DNA of 64,000 bases from positions 18,432 through 82,431 of the forward strand of contig JAYZFK010000034.1 in NCBI GenBank assembly GCA_036336835.1, in the 5' to 3' direction. The notes beneath the pieces are model-generated. The model did no database searches, was not told the origin of the DNA, and worked only from the letters and a program-made list of their open reading frames with translations. The stretch is from Myxococcota bacterium. Lineage in GTDB: Bacteria; Myxococcota_A; UBA9160; UBA4427. Below, piece by piece: positions 18,734-29,100 of the stretch (position 1 is its first letter; each line of letters opens with the position of its first letter). The position numbers were made by a program, and so were the translations under genes.

Positions 18734-18771
18734 GCAGCCAGCGGACGCTCGCGGGCTACGAGAGGGAAGAC

Positions 18772-19269
18772 ATGTCGCTGCAAGAGACACCGGCTCCCGA
18801 CGTATCGGACGTCGCAGCGAACATGCGCTGGCTGCGCGACCGCGAGCAACTGAGGATGCTGTACCAGCGCTACGCCTTCGGCGTCGACTCCGGCAACTTC
18901 GACATCGTTCGATCGGTCTTCCACCCCGACTGCACCGTGAGCGGCACGCTCGAGAACGGGGCGCTCGAGCCCTACCTCGAGGGCATCGAACAGGCGCTCC
19001 AGCAGTGGGACGCCACGATGCACCTGATGGGCAACCAGTACGTCCAGATCGACGGCGACGAGGGCCACGTCGAGACCTGGGTGGTCGGCTATCACATGGA
19101 AGCCCCGGGCAGCCCACTCGATCACCTCGTGCTCGGACTGCGCTATCAGGACGACGTGGTGCGCGTCGAAGACGACTGGAAGATCATTCGGCGCAACACG
19201 GTCAAGCAGTGGCACACGGGCCCTTTCCCCAGACCGTCGCTGGGTCCTCCCTCGTATCCACGTTCCTGA
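18772..19269 (+). CDS. SnoaL-like / NTF2-fold protein
   Basis: ATG 18772 preceded by 'gagggaag'. 165 aa. Pattern 'LRDREQLRMLYQRYAFGVDSGNFD...H...G' is typical of SnoaL_4-type NTF2 proteins. Stop abuts the next start. Confidence 0.7.
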   Translation: MSLQETPAPDVSDVAANMRWLRDREQLRMLYQRYAFGVDSGNFDIVRSVFHPDCTVSGTLENGALEPYLEGIEQALQQWDATMHLMGNQYVQIDGDEGHVETWVVGYHMEAPGSPLDHLVLGLRYQDDVVRVEDDWKIIRRNTVKQWHTGPFPRPSLGPPSYPRS

Positions 19270-20811
19270 GTGGTGAGTGCAAGCATGACGCGGTCAATCG
19301 ACCAGCCGTCGTCGCATCCGCCGGATCACGAGGTCGTAATCGTCGGCTCCGGCTTCTCAGGCATCGGCGCAGCCATCAAGCTCGAGAGCATGGGGATCCG
19401 CGACTATCTGATTCTGGAGAAGGCCGACGACCTCGGCGGCACATGGAGAGACAACGACTACCCCGGCCTGGCGGTCGACATGCCGTCGTTCATCTACTGC
19501 TACCCGCTCGCGATGAGCGCGCACTGGAGCCGCGTCTACCCGCCGGCCCACGAGATCAAGGCATACGCCGATCACTGCGCGGACAAGTACGGCGTGCGAC
19601 CACACATCCGGTTCGGCAAGACAGTCGTCGAGACCGTGTACGACAGCGCCCGGAACGCCTGGCTCACGCGACTCGACGACGGCGAGGCCATCGCGTCGAG
19701 GTTCTTCGTGAGCGCCTCCGGCTTGCTGATCGAGCCGGAGCTGCCCGATATCGCGGGGATCGACGAATTTCGGGGGAAGCTCCTCCACAGCGCCCGCTGG
19801 GATCACGACTACGACCTGACGGGCAAGCGCGTCGCGGTGATCGGAACGGGAGCGACGGCTGTCCAGCTGATCCCGACGATTGCCGCCGAGGTGGCGCGCC
19901 TCGACGTGTACCAGCGGACCGCCATCTGGCTGATGGGCAAACCGGATGCGGCGATCAGTGCCGGGTGGGAGCGGGCCTTTCGCGCCGCACCCTTGCTGCA
20001 AGACATCGTGAGGTGGACGATCAACGTGATCGTCGAGCTGTCGATGGGGCCCGCCTTCGTTCGCTACAAGCAGTTCCCCTGGATGTTCCGCTGGCTCGAA
20101 CGGAAGTTGATCGACTCGATCCGGAGCCAGGTCGACGACCCGGAAACCCAGGAAAAGCTGATCCCGAAGTACAGCTTCTTCTGCAAGCGGCCCAGCTTCT
20201 CGAACGTGTACTACCCGGTCTTCAACCGCGAACACGTCGAGCTGATCACGGACCCGATCGAGCGAATCACCGAGAACGCGATCACGACGCGCGACGGCGC
20301 AGAGCGCGAGATCGACGCGCTGATCTGCGCCACGGGGTACAGCGTCTTCCGTCGGGACTGCGCGCCAAACTTCGAAGTCTTCGGAACAGACGGGAAGAAC
20401 CTCGGCGATTTTTGGCAAGCCAATCGCTTCCAGGCCTATCAAGGCGCGAGCGTACCCGGCTTTCCGAACTTCTTCCTGATGATGGGGCCGTACTCGGCAG
20501 CGGGTGCGTCCTACTTCAGCATGATCGACACCCAGACTCGACACCTCGCGCGCTGCCTGCGCGAAGCCCGCCGACGCAACGCGAATTACGTCGAGGTGAA
20601 GCAGGCCGCACACGATCGTGACTTCCGGAAGGTCGAGCGCCGCAGGGAGAACACGGTGCTGTTCGCGGGCAACTGCGCGTCCTCGAACAGCTACTACTTC
20701 GACCACCGCGGCGACACGCCGGGCCTGCGCCCCGTCACAGGACTCGAGCACTGGCTGAACAGCCTGCTCTTCAGCATGCGGGACTACGACTTCGAGCAAC
20801 GGCCCGAATGA
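19270..20811 (+). CDS. Baeyer-Villiger-type flavin monooxygenase
   Basis: Two Rossmann motifs ('VGSGFSGIG', 'IGTGATAVQ') and the BVMO fingerprint FxGxxxHxxxW ('FRGKLLHSARW'). GTG 19270 or ATG 19285 as start. Confidence 0.9.
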   Translation: MVSASMTRSIDQPSSHPPDHEVVIVGSGFSGIGAAIKLESMGIRDYLILEKADDLGGTWRDNDYPGLAVDMPSFIYCYPLAMSAHWSRVYPPAHEIKAYADHCADKYGVRPHIRFGKTVVETVYDSARNAWLTRLDDGEAIASRFFVSASGLLIEPELPDIAGIDEFRGKLLHSARWDHDYDLTGKRVAVIGTGATAVQLIPTIAAEVARLDVYQRTAIWLMGKPDAAISAGWERAFRAAPLLQDIVRWTINVIVELSMGPAFVRYKQFPWMFRWLERKLIDSIRSQVDDPETQEKLIPKYSFFCKRPSFSNVYYPVFNREHVELITDPIERITENAITTRDGAEREIDALICATGYSVFRRDCAPNFEVFGTDGKNLGDFWQANRFQAYQGASVPGFPNFFLMMGPYSAAGASYFSMIDTQTRHLARCLREARRRNANYVEVKQAAHDRDFRKVERRRENTVLFAGNCASSNSYYFDHRGDTPGLRPVTGLEHWLNSLLFSMRDYDFEQRPE

Positions 20812-20953
20812 GAAGCGCCCGAGCGCGACCGGCACAGCGGGTGAACCGCCCTGTCGGACCCTCAGCCTGTGGATCGCTCCCCGGCAGGAGAGGGGCGGAG
20901 AGCCATCGCGGGCCGCCTTGGGGTGCCGCAGCGCGGCGAGGTAGAGTTCCGCC

Positions 20954-21682
20954 GTGAGCACTGAGCGCGACGAGACGATCCCGCTCGACGATGGCGCGTC
21001 GATGCGAGCGCTGCTCACCCTCCCGGACGACGAGAAGCCCGCCGGGGGCTGGCCGCTCATTATCGCGATCCACGACGCCTTCGGCTTCTCGGACGACATC
21101 CGACGCATCGCGAGACGGTTTGCGGACAACGGCTACGCGGCGCTGGCCCCTGCGGTCTACGACGGGGCGGGGGCGCCCTTCCTCTGTGTCGTGCGCACAT
21201 TCCGGGATCTGCAGGCCCGCAAGGGGCCGGCCTTCGACCGCATCGAGGCGGCTCGCGCTCACGCGGCCGCGCTGCCCGAGATCGACAGCGATCGCCTGGG
21301 CATCACCGGCTTCTGCATGGGCGGCGGCTTTGCGATCTTCTTCGCGGCACGCGGCGGACTCAAGGTGTGCGCGCCGTACTACGGGGACACACCGGGCCGC
21401 GCCGACGAGCTGCGCGACGTCTGCCCGGTGGTCGCCGGCTTCGGCGCGCTCGACGAGCAGTTCGCGGTGCAGGGAGAGCGCCTCGAGAAGCACCTGACCG
21501 AGCTCGGCGTGGAGCACGATGTCAAGATCTATCCCGACGTCGGCCACTCCTACATGAACGACTTCGGCGATGGCGTGATGGCTGCGGTGATGCGCCGTAC
21601 CCCGCTGCACGCCGGGCACGACGAAGCCGCGTCCGAGGACTCGTGGCGGCGGATGCTCGGCTTCTTCTCCCAGCACCTCTAG
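20954..21682 (+). CDS. Dienelactone hydrolase family protein
   Basis: 'ITGFCMGGG' Cys nucleophile elbow and 'YPDVGHSY'. 242 aa. GTG start. Confidence 0.85.
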   Translation: MSTERDETIPLDDGASMRALLTLPDDEKPAGGWPLIIAIHDAFGFSDDIRRIARRFADNGYAALAPAVYDGAGAPFLCVVRTFRDLQARKGPAFDRIEAARAHAAALPEIDSDRLGITGFCMGGGFAIFFAARGGLKVCAPYYGDTPGRADELRDVCPVVAGFGALDEQFAVQGERLEKHLTELGVEHDVKIYPDVGHSYMNDFGDGVMAAVMRRTPLHAGHDEAASEDSWRRMLGFFSQHL

Positions 21683-21719
21683 GCCATCCGAGTCGCTCTC
21701 GATCCGACCCGTTCCGGAG

Positions 21720-22748
21720 CTACCCGCCGATCTGGTACATCTCGATTCGCTCGCGTTCGCCCGTCGCCGTGAGCGCGGAGCGCTGCTCGGAGTAGCGATC
21801 GTCGCGTCCAGTCCACACGCGCTCGAGCAGCGCCGTCAGCTGTTCGTCGCTCGCGCCACTGCGCAGCGGTCCCCGCAGATCGGTTCCCCGGGATGCGAAG
21901 AGACAGGTGACGAGCTGACCGTCCGTGGTGAGCCGCGCTCGGGTGCAGCCGCCGCAGAAGGGCTGTGTGACCGAGGCGATGATGCCGATCTCTCCTGAGC
22001 CATCGGTATAGCGCCAGCGCTGTGCGACCTCGCCCGGGTAGTTGGGGTCGATCGGCTCGATGCCGAAAGCCTCGTCGAGCAGGCGAACCATCTCGTGTGC
22101 GGGCACGACGTGCTCGAGCTCCCAGCCGTTGCGGGTTCCGACGTCCATGTACTCGATGAAGCGCACGATGTGGCCGCTGCCCTTGAAGTGGCCGGCCAGG
22201 TCCACCAGCGTGTGGTCGTTTACTCCCCGTTGGACGACGCAGTTGAGCTTGACCGGGGTGAACCCGGCCTGCTCGGCGGCGTCGACCCCCTCGAGCACCC
22301 GGGCCACACCCAGCTTGCCGCCGTTCATGGCCAGGAAGACCTCTTCGTCCAGGCTGTCGAGACTCACGGCCACCCGCCGGAGCCCGGCGTCACGCAGCGG
22401 CGCGGCCAGCTTCGGCAGCAGGGTCGCGTTGGTGGTCAGCGCCAGGTCCTCGACACCGGGCACACCGGCCAGACGCGTGATCAGGTCCGGCAGCCCGTGG
22501 CGGAGCAGCGGCTCGCCGCCCGTGATGCGAAGCTTGTGGACGCCCAGCGGTGCCAGCAGGCGCACCAGGCGCTCGATCTCCTCGAAGCGCAGGATCTCGG
22601 CGCGCGGCAGGAACTCGTAGCGCTCGCCGAAGATCTCGCCCGGCATGCAGTAGCTGCAGCGAAAGTTGCAACGGTCGGTGACCGAGATCCGCAGGTCGCG
22701 AACGGGCCGGCCGAGTTGGTCGCGGAGGTCGGGGCGAACGATGTCCAT
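21720..22748 (-). CDS. moaA: GTP 3',8-cyclase (molybdenum cofactor biosynthesis, radical SAM)
   Basis: Internal ATG at 22748 gives 'MDIVRPDL...LRISVTDRCNFRCSYCMP'. C-terminal cluster 'CGGCTRARLTTDGQLVTCLF'. 342 aa. Confidence 0.95.
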   Translation of the reverse strand: MDIVRPDLRDQLGRPVRDLRISVTDRCNFRCSYCMPGEIFGERYEFLPRAEILRFEEIERLVRLLAPLGVHKLRITGGEPLLRHGLPDLITRLAGVPGVEDLALTTNATLLPKLAAPLRDAGLRRVAVSLDSLDEEVFLAMNGGKLGVARVLEGVDAAEQAGFTPVKLNCVVQRGVNDHTLVDLAGHFKGSGHIVRFIEYMDVGTRNGWELEHVVPAHEMVRLLDEAFGIEPIDPNYPGEVAQRWRYTDGSGEIGIIASVTQPFCGGCTRARLTTDGQLVTCLFASRGTDLRGPLRSGASDEQLTALLERVWTGRDDRYSEQRSALTATGERERIEMYQIGG

Positions 22749-22870
22749 CGGGGCTTCCCTGGGGCGGAGGGACAGGATAGCGCCCCGCGGGCTCCCGCGG
22801 CGAGACAGCAGGCCACGGCAGGGGCTATTGACCCCGCGAGATCCGCGCGTAGCTTCCCCGGTGACGCCCT
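22749..22870 (-). promoter_or_regulatory. Structured moaA leader, candidate Moco-type riboswitch
   Basis: The minus-strand leader contains 'GGGGUCAAUAGCCCCUGCCGUGGCC' and, next to the start codon, 'CCCUCCGCCCCAGGGAAGCCCCG-AUG'. From memory these resemble the E. coli moaA Moco element ('UGGGUCAACUGA...GGCCGUGAC' and 'GCCUCCCGUAUCUGGAAAGG'). No covariance-model search was possible. Confidence 0.35.
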
Positions 22871-22914
22871 GGGGGCGCCCCGAGCCGGGCGCCACCAGCG
22901 TCGAGAGGAGCGAA

Positions 22915-23247
22915 ATGCCCATCGTCGAGGTTACGCAGACGGCCGCCGACAAGGCGAAGCAGCTGCTCGCTCGCGACGGCCGAGCCGGCGACGCCCTTCG
23001 CGTCCGAACCGTGGATGGCGGCTGCAGCGGCATGCGCTACGAGCTGGTCTTCGACGACGCACCCGCCTCCGACGACGAGGAGAGCGAGCAGTTTGGCCTT
23101 CGTGTGCTGGTCGACGCCGAGAGCGCGCCCTACCTCGAGGGCAGCTCCGTCGACTTCGTGGACGACCTCAACGAGAGCGGCTTCAAGATCCACAACCCCC
23201 GAGCGGGAACGACCTGCGGCTGTGGCGAGAGCTTCAACGTCGTCTGA
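22915..23247 (+). CDS. erpA: Iron-sulfur cluster insertion protein (HesB/IscA/ErpA family)
   Basis: ATG 22915 preceded by 'gagaggag'. 110 aa. 'GGCSGMRY' and C-terminal 'CGCGESFNV'. Confidence 0.9.
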   Translation: MPIVEVTQTAADKAKQLLARDGRAGDALRVRTVDGGCSGMRYELVFDDAPASDDEESEQFGLRVLVDAESAPYLEGSSVDFVDDLNESGFKIHNPRAGTTCGCGESFNVV

Positions 23248-23316
23248 CCGCCACGATCGAACCGACCGACCCGGCGCGCTGTCCCAAGCAGCCCGGCACC
23301 CCGCCAGGAGAGAGCC

Positions 23317-24192
23317 ATGAAGCGAGTCTTCCTGTTCATCGTCACGAACATCGCGGTGCTCGTCGTCTTGAGCATCGTCCTCCGACTGCTCGGCGTCGAA
23401 TCGCTGCTTCAGGACAACGGCGTCGACCTCAACTACGAGTCGCTGCTCGTCTTCTCGGCTGTCTTCGGCTTTGGCGGTGCGTTCATCTCGCTGCTGATCT
23501 CGAAGTGGATGGCGAAGCGCGCCACCGGCGCGGTCGTCATCACCGAGCCGAGCAACGACGCCGAGCAGTGGCTGCTGAACAAGGTCAGCCAGCACGCGCA
23601 GGCCGCCGGGATCAAGATGCCGGAGGTTGCGATCTTCGACTCCCCCTCGCCCAATGCGTTTGCGACGGGCGCCCGCCGCGATGCCGCGCTCGTCGCCGTC
23701 AGCACCGGCCTGCTGCGCGGCATGCGCGCGAACGAGGTCGACGCGGTGCTGGCGCACGAGATCGGCCACGTCGCTAACGGTGACATGATCACGCTGACCC
23801 TCGTCCAGGGTGTGGTGAACACGTTCGTGATCTTCCTGTCGCGGGTGGTCGGTCACCTCGTCGACCGGGTCGTGCTCAAGAATCAACGCGGCTACGGGAT
23901 TGGCTACTTCGTCGCGGTGATCGCCTCGCAGATCCTGTTCGGCATCCTGGCGAGCTTCGTCGTGAGCTGGTTCTCCCGCCAGCGCGAGTTCCGAGCCGAC
24001 GCCGAGGGCGCGCGCCTCGCAGGTCGCGACAACATGATCGCCGCGCTCGAGCGACTGAAGACTGCGGGCGACGGCACCCCGCTCCCCGACGCACTCCAGG
24101 CCTTCGGGATCTCCGGCAGCGGTGGACTGATGGCGCTGATGCGCAGCCACCCCCCGCTGGACGTGCGCATCGATGCGCTCCGCCGAGCCTGA
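23317..24192 (+). CDS. htpX: Membrane zinc protease HtpX (M48)
   Basis: '[17 protein letters not shown]...', '[12 protein letters not shown]' and C-terminal '[12 protein letters not shown]'. 291 aa. Confidence 0.95.
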   Translation: MKRVFLFIVTNIAVLVVLSIVLRLLGVESLLQDNGVDLNYESLLVFSAVFGFGGAFISLLISKWMAKRATGAVVITEPSNDAEQWLLNKVSQHAQAAGIKMPEVAIFDSPSPNAFATGARRDAALVAVSTGLLRGMRANEVDAVLAHEIGHVANGDMITLTLVQGVVNTFVIFLSRVVGHLVDRVVLKNQRGYGIGYFVAVIASQILFGILASFVVSWFSRQREFRADAEGARLAGRDNMIAALERLKTAGDGTPLPDALQAFGISGSGGLMALMRSHPPLDVRIDALRRA

Positions 24193-24250
24193 GCCGAGCC
24201 TGAGCCTGACCGGGCCGGCCGGGCGGCCCGACCTCCCCGGGCTGGGTTGC

Positions 24251-24272
24251 ATTAATCGAACGATTGATTAAT
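24251..24272. promoter_or_regulatory. AT-rich imperfect palindrome, probable TetR operator
   Basis: 'ATTAATCGAACGATTGATTAAT': 9 of 11 positions pair, with perfect outer arms ATTAATC/GATTAAT. It lies 9 nt upstream of the GTG start of the TetR gene and is one of very few AT-rich spots in the window. Confidence 0.5.
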
Positions 24273-24280
24273 TTCTACCC

Positions 24281-24967
24281 GTGGCTCCTCCCCCCTCCCA
24301 GGAAGCCGAACGGCTGGAACGCAAACGCGCCGGGCGACCCGCTCGCGAAGGCGGCGCGGAGGTCCGCGAGCGCCTGCTCAACGCTGCGACCGAGCTCACG
24401 ATCGAGCGCGGCTTCGACGCCGCTGGGATCCGCGAGATCGCAGAACGTGCCGGCGTCAGCTCGGGGATGATCGCGTACTACTTCGGCAGCCGTCGCGGGC
24501 TGTACGAGGCGATGTTCGAGCGCGCGATCGACAGTCTCAGCTCGAATCTCGCGACGGAGCTGGACGCTCTGCTGCCCGGCGCGGACCCGATCGAGACGCT
24601 GATCCGCACGCACACGACGGCGATCGCCACCGAGCCCTGGATCCCGCAGCTGATCGCTCGCGAGGTGCTCGCCAGAGAGGGCAGCCTGCGCGAGCATTTC
24701 AAGAAGCACGTCGGTACCGAGCCGCTGGGGCTGGTGCGCCGCGCCATCACCGATGCGATGAGCCGCGGCGCCCTGCGGAGCGACCTCGATCCGACATTGA
24801 CCTTGTTTACGCTACTCGGTCTGACGGCGTTCCCGTATCTGATCGGGCCGGTGCTGGGCGACCAGCTCGACATCGAGCTCGACAACACGTTCCGCGAACG
24901 CCTGGTCGAACACAACCTCGCTCTGATTGACCGAGGTCTTCGCGCCCGCGAAGAGGAACTGACATGA
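24281..24967 (+). CDS. TetR/AcrR family transcriptional regulator
   Basis: N-terminal HTH 'AGIREIAERAGVSSGMIAYYFGSRRGLY'. 228 aa. ATGA overlap with the downstream MFP gene. Confidence 0.9.
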   Translation: MAPPPSQEAERLERKRAGRPAREGGAEVRERLLNAATELTIERGFDAAGIREIAERAGVSSGMIAYYFGSRRGLYEAMFERAIDSLSSNLATELDALLPGADPIETLIRTHTTAIATEPWIPQLIAREVLAREGSLREHFKKHVGTEPLGLVRRAITDAMSRGALRSDLDPTLTLFTLLGLTAFPYLIGPVLGDQLDIELDNTFRERLVEHNLALIDRGLRAREEELT

Positions 24968-26097
24968 TCACGATCCGTGGAGCGCTGCCCTTGCCGCTGC
25001 TGGCAGCCCTGGCACTCGCCGCCCTGCCCGGCTGCGAGAATTCCGCCGCTGAGGGCGCCGTCGCCCCGGCCGAACCCGCCCCGATCACGACGCAGCAGCG
25101 CGTGCGCACGGTGGTGATCCACAGCGCCCCGCTCGACTCGATGCAGCGCGCGTCCGGGCTGGTGCGCGCGTTCCACAAGGCCACTGTGATGGCGGAGACC
25201 CAGGCGCGCGTGGTCTCGCGCCTCGTGGAACGGGGGCAGTCCGTCGCATCGGGCGACACGCTGATCGAGCTCGACGCCTCGCGGCTCGAACTCGAGCTGC
25301 GACGGGCCGAGGCCACCTTGAAGGCTCGCTGGAACGATCTCGCCCACGCGGAGCGCGAATTCGATCGCGGCGAACGCCTGGCCGAGCGCAATGCGATCAG
25401 CGCGCAACAGCGCGACGACTTGCGCCACGGACTCGACCGGGCGCGCGATGACCACGCGCTCGCCGAGGTCGCGCGCGACAGCGCAGACCGCAACCTCGCC
25501 GACACCCGCATCACCGCGCCGTTCGCCGGTCGGGTCGACGAGCTCGAGGTCGATGTCGGGGACTACGTCGCGCCCGGCACCCCGGTCGCCACACTGGTCG
25601 AACTGAGCCGCGCGCGGGTGTTCGCGGGGGTCACCGCGCAGGCTGCCGCCCGGCTCGAGCCGGGGAGCCACGCCACGATCAGACTCGCCGCACTCGGCGG
25701 GGTCGAGGTCCCCGCGACGCTGCGCAGCGTTGCGAGCGTGGCGAGCGAGCGCGACGGCACCTACCCCGTCGAGCTGTGGATCGATGCGCCGCCGGCGGGG
25801 ATCCGCGACGGCATGGTCGCCTCGGTGGAGCTCGCCTCGTCGGCGCTCGACGCCGTGCCCCTGGCTCCGCGCGCGGGCCTGCTGCGACGCGCGGGCAAGC
25901 CGGAGATTTTCGTCGTGGAGCGCGACGGCGAGCGCGAGGTCGCGCGCCTCCGGCGCCTGCGGACGCGGCGCAGCGCTGGCGAGTGGATCGAGGTGCTCGA
26001 AGGCCTCGAGGACGGAGACCGGGTCGTCGTAGATGGGCAGTTCGCCTTGCGCGATGGGGCCCCGGTGATCCGCGACGACGCTACTGCGGCGAACTGA
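24964..26097 (+). CDS. Efflux RND periplasmic adaptor (MFP) lipoprotein
   Basis: Lipobox 'LAALPGC', coiled-coil hairpin region and 'ITAPFAGRVDELEVDVGDYV'. 377 aa. Confidence 0.9.
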   Translation: MITIRGALPLPLLAALALAALPGCENSAAEGAVAPAEPAPITTQQRVRTVVIHSAPLDSMQRASGLVRAFHKATVMAETQARVVSRLVERGQSVASGDTLIELDASRLELELRRAEATLKARWNDLAHAEREFDRGERLAERNAISAQQRDDLRHGLDRARDDHALAEVARDSADRNLADTRITAPFAGRVDELEVDVGDYVAPGTPVATLVELSRARVFAGVTAQAAARLEPGSHATIRLAALGGVEVPATLRSVASVASERDGTYPVELWIDAPPAGIRDGMVASVELASSALDAVPLAPRAGLLRRAGKPEIFVVERDGEREVARLRRLRTRRSAGEWIEVLEGLEDGDRVVVDGQFALRDGAPVIRDDATAAN

Positions 26098-26106
26098 GTC
26101 TCTTCG

Positions 26107-29100
26107 GTGGAACGCCTAATTCGCTTCTTCGTCGAGCGGCACCTGCTCGTCAACATGATCACGCTCGGCGTGATCGGTCTAGGCGTAATCAGCGCGCTGC
26201 GCATCGACGTCGAGGGCATCCCGGCGATCGACTTTCCGAGCTTCATCATCACTGCGAACCTCCCCGGTGCCTCGGCGCGCGACATCGAGGCGAAGATCAC
26301 GATCCCGCTCGAGGAGGCTCTCGAGGAAGTCGACGGCCTCGATCACTACACCAGCGAGATCACCAAGAACCGCAGCGTGACCACGGTCGAACTGGACGAC
26401 GACACGCCGCGAGACGACATCCTCGAGAAGGAGCGCGAGATCCGCGCGGCGATCGACGGGGTCGCCAACTTCCCGCCCGAGATGGTCGACGATCCTCTGA
26501 TCATCCGGATAGATCCCTCGAAGCAACCGGTCTTCGAATACGCCCTGGCCGGCCCGGCGGAGCTGCTCCCCGAGGTTGCCGATCGGATCGAGCGGCGCAT
26601 GCGCCGCGTTCCCGAGATCGGAGACGTCGGCGTCGTCGGCCTGCCGGATCCCGAGATGCGCGTGCTCGTCGATCCCGATCTCGCGCGCGCTCATGGTGTC
26701 GCACTGCTCGACGTGGTGCAGGCACTCGAGCAGCGCAACGTGTCGGCGACCGGCGGGTCACTGGAGACGGCGAGCGCGCGGCGTCAGGTCGTGCTCTGGG
26801 GCCGCTTCGGAACGGTCGACCAGGTGGGAGATGTGATCCTGCGCTTCGACCCGCGCGAGGGGGTCGTCCGCGTGCGCGACGTCGCCCGCGTCGAGCTCGG
26901 GCGCGAGGACACCGGCTTGATCGCGAGCACCAACGGTCGCGCCGGCGTCTCGTTGATTCCCCAGAAGAAGCGCCGCGCCGATCTGATCCGATCCCACGCT
27001 GGTCTGGTCGCGGCGGTCGAGAACGAACCACTGCCCGAGGGCGTCACGGCCACGATCGTCAACGACAGCTCGTTCGACATCCGCAACCGACTCGAGATCA
27101 TCGCAAACAACGGCTTGATGGGCATCGCCCTCGTCGCGCTCATTGTCTTCATCTTTCTGGCTCCGTCCGCTGCAACCTGGGTCTGCATGGGCGTTCCACT
27201 CGTCATCCTGGGCGTCATCGCACTGATGCCTTGGTTCGGCATGACTGCCAACTTCATGTCGACTACGGCCTTCGTCGTGATCCTCGGGCTACTGGTCGAC
27301 GATGCCGTCGTGGTTGCGGAGAAGATCCTGCTCAAGCGCCAGGATGGCCTGTCTGCCAGCGAGGCAGCGATCCAAGGCACGACCGAGGTGGCACGACCGG
27401 TGATCACAGCGGCGATCACCACCCTGCTCGCCTTCGCTCCGCTGATCGCGATCGGCGGCTTCCCCGGGAAGATCATCTGGCAGCTCCCGGCGGTCGTCGT
27501 CATCGCCCTGGCGCTCTCGCTGCTGGAGTCGTTCCTGATCCTGCCGCCACACATGTCGATGGTGCGCAGCGACACGAGGCCGCGTCCGAAGCGGCAATTC
27601 ATCCTACGACTCGAGGCGGGCTACCGCAGCCTGCTCGAGCGCTGGCTCCCGAAGCGCGGGCGAATCATCGCGATCTTTGCAGCCGGATTCCTGGCGATCA
27701 TGCTCGGCATCGCGCCGCGCATGCAGTTCCAGTTCTTCCCGCAAGAGGATTCGCGGGCCGTCTACCTGAAGGTCAAGACCCCGATCGGGACGCCGATCGA
27801 GCGCACCGAGGCGGTGCTCGACGCGATCGGGCAGCAGATCCTACGGCTGATGGGAGACGCACTCGAGGGGCTGACGGCGCGGGTCGGACACCAGGATCCG
27901 CTGGGCCTGGGCCGGGACTACGGCAGTGCGGAGAACGAAGGCCTGGTGTCGGCATACATCGACCCCACGAACAAGCAGCGTTCGGCAGCCGAGTGGATCG
28001 TGTACCTGAAGCAGCACGTGGGGATCCCCGACGACGCCGAGGTCCTCTTCGAGGCTGCGGTCGACGGTCCACCGGGGCTCGAGCCGATCAATGTGTTCGT
28101 ACTCGCGAACGACGATGCGACGCGGCGCCAGGTCTCCCGCGAGGTGCACGACTACCTGTCCGGCGTGCCCGGCGTCGTCGACCTCGACATCGACGAGCGA
28201 CCCGGCATGCGCGAGCTCGACCTGAACCTCGACTACGAGAAGCTCGCGCTACTCGGTCTCGACGCCAGCTCCGTGGGACGCACATTGCAGGCGGCATTCT
28301 ACGGGCTGATCGCCACAGAGATCCGCGACATCGACGACACGATCGACGTGCGCGTACTGTTCGAACCCGCGGCACGCGGCTCGCTCGACGCACTGCTCGA
28401 CACCTCCGTGCGCAACGACCACGGCGAGCTGGTGCGTCTGCGGGATGTGGTCCGACCGGTCGAGACCCCTTCGCTGTCGGCCATTCACCACCGCGACGGC
28501 TTGCGCGCCGCAAACGTGACGGGTGGCTTCGGACCGGACAGCCCCGTCACCGCCAGCTCGCTCGCCGCGCTGATGGAACGCGACCTGCTGCCCCGCTACG
28601 CCGGGCGATCGGATGTCGAGATCGAGCTTTCGGGCGAGGTCGTGCAGTCGCGCCGCGCGATGGGAGACCTGGGCCTCGTGTTCGCATTGTCGGTGATGGG
28701 GATCGGCGCGGTGATCGCGATCATGCTCGGTTCGTTCCTCGAGGCGTTCTTCGTGCTTGCGGTCGTACCGTTCTCGGTGGCTGCGGTGACTCTCGCGATG
28801 TTCGCGCACGGCAAGCACTTCTCATTACTCGCGGTAATCGGGGCGATCGGGCTTTCCGGCGTGGTGGTGAACTCGTCGATCGTGATGATCGACGCGGTTC
28901 ACCGGGCGCAGCTGAGGGCGGGAGCCGACGAGCAGAGGCGAACGCGGGCGATGATCGATGCACTCGTCGGCCGCCTCCGCCCCATCCTGGTGACCAGTCT
29001 TTCGACGCTCTGCGGCGTCATGCCCACTGCCTACGGCTTCGGCGGCTACGACCAGATCATGTCGCCGCTGTCGCTCGCGATCGGCTGGGGCCTCGCCCTG

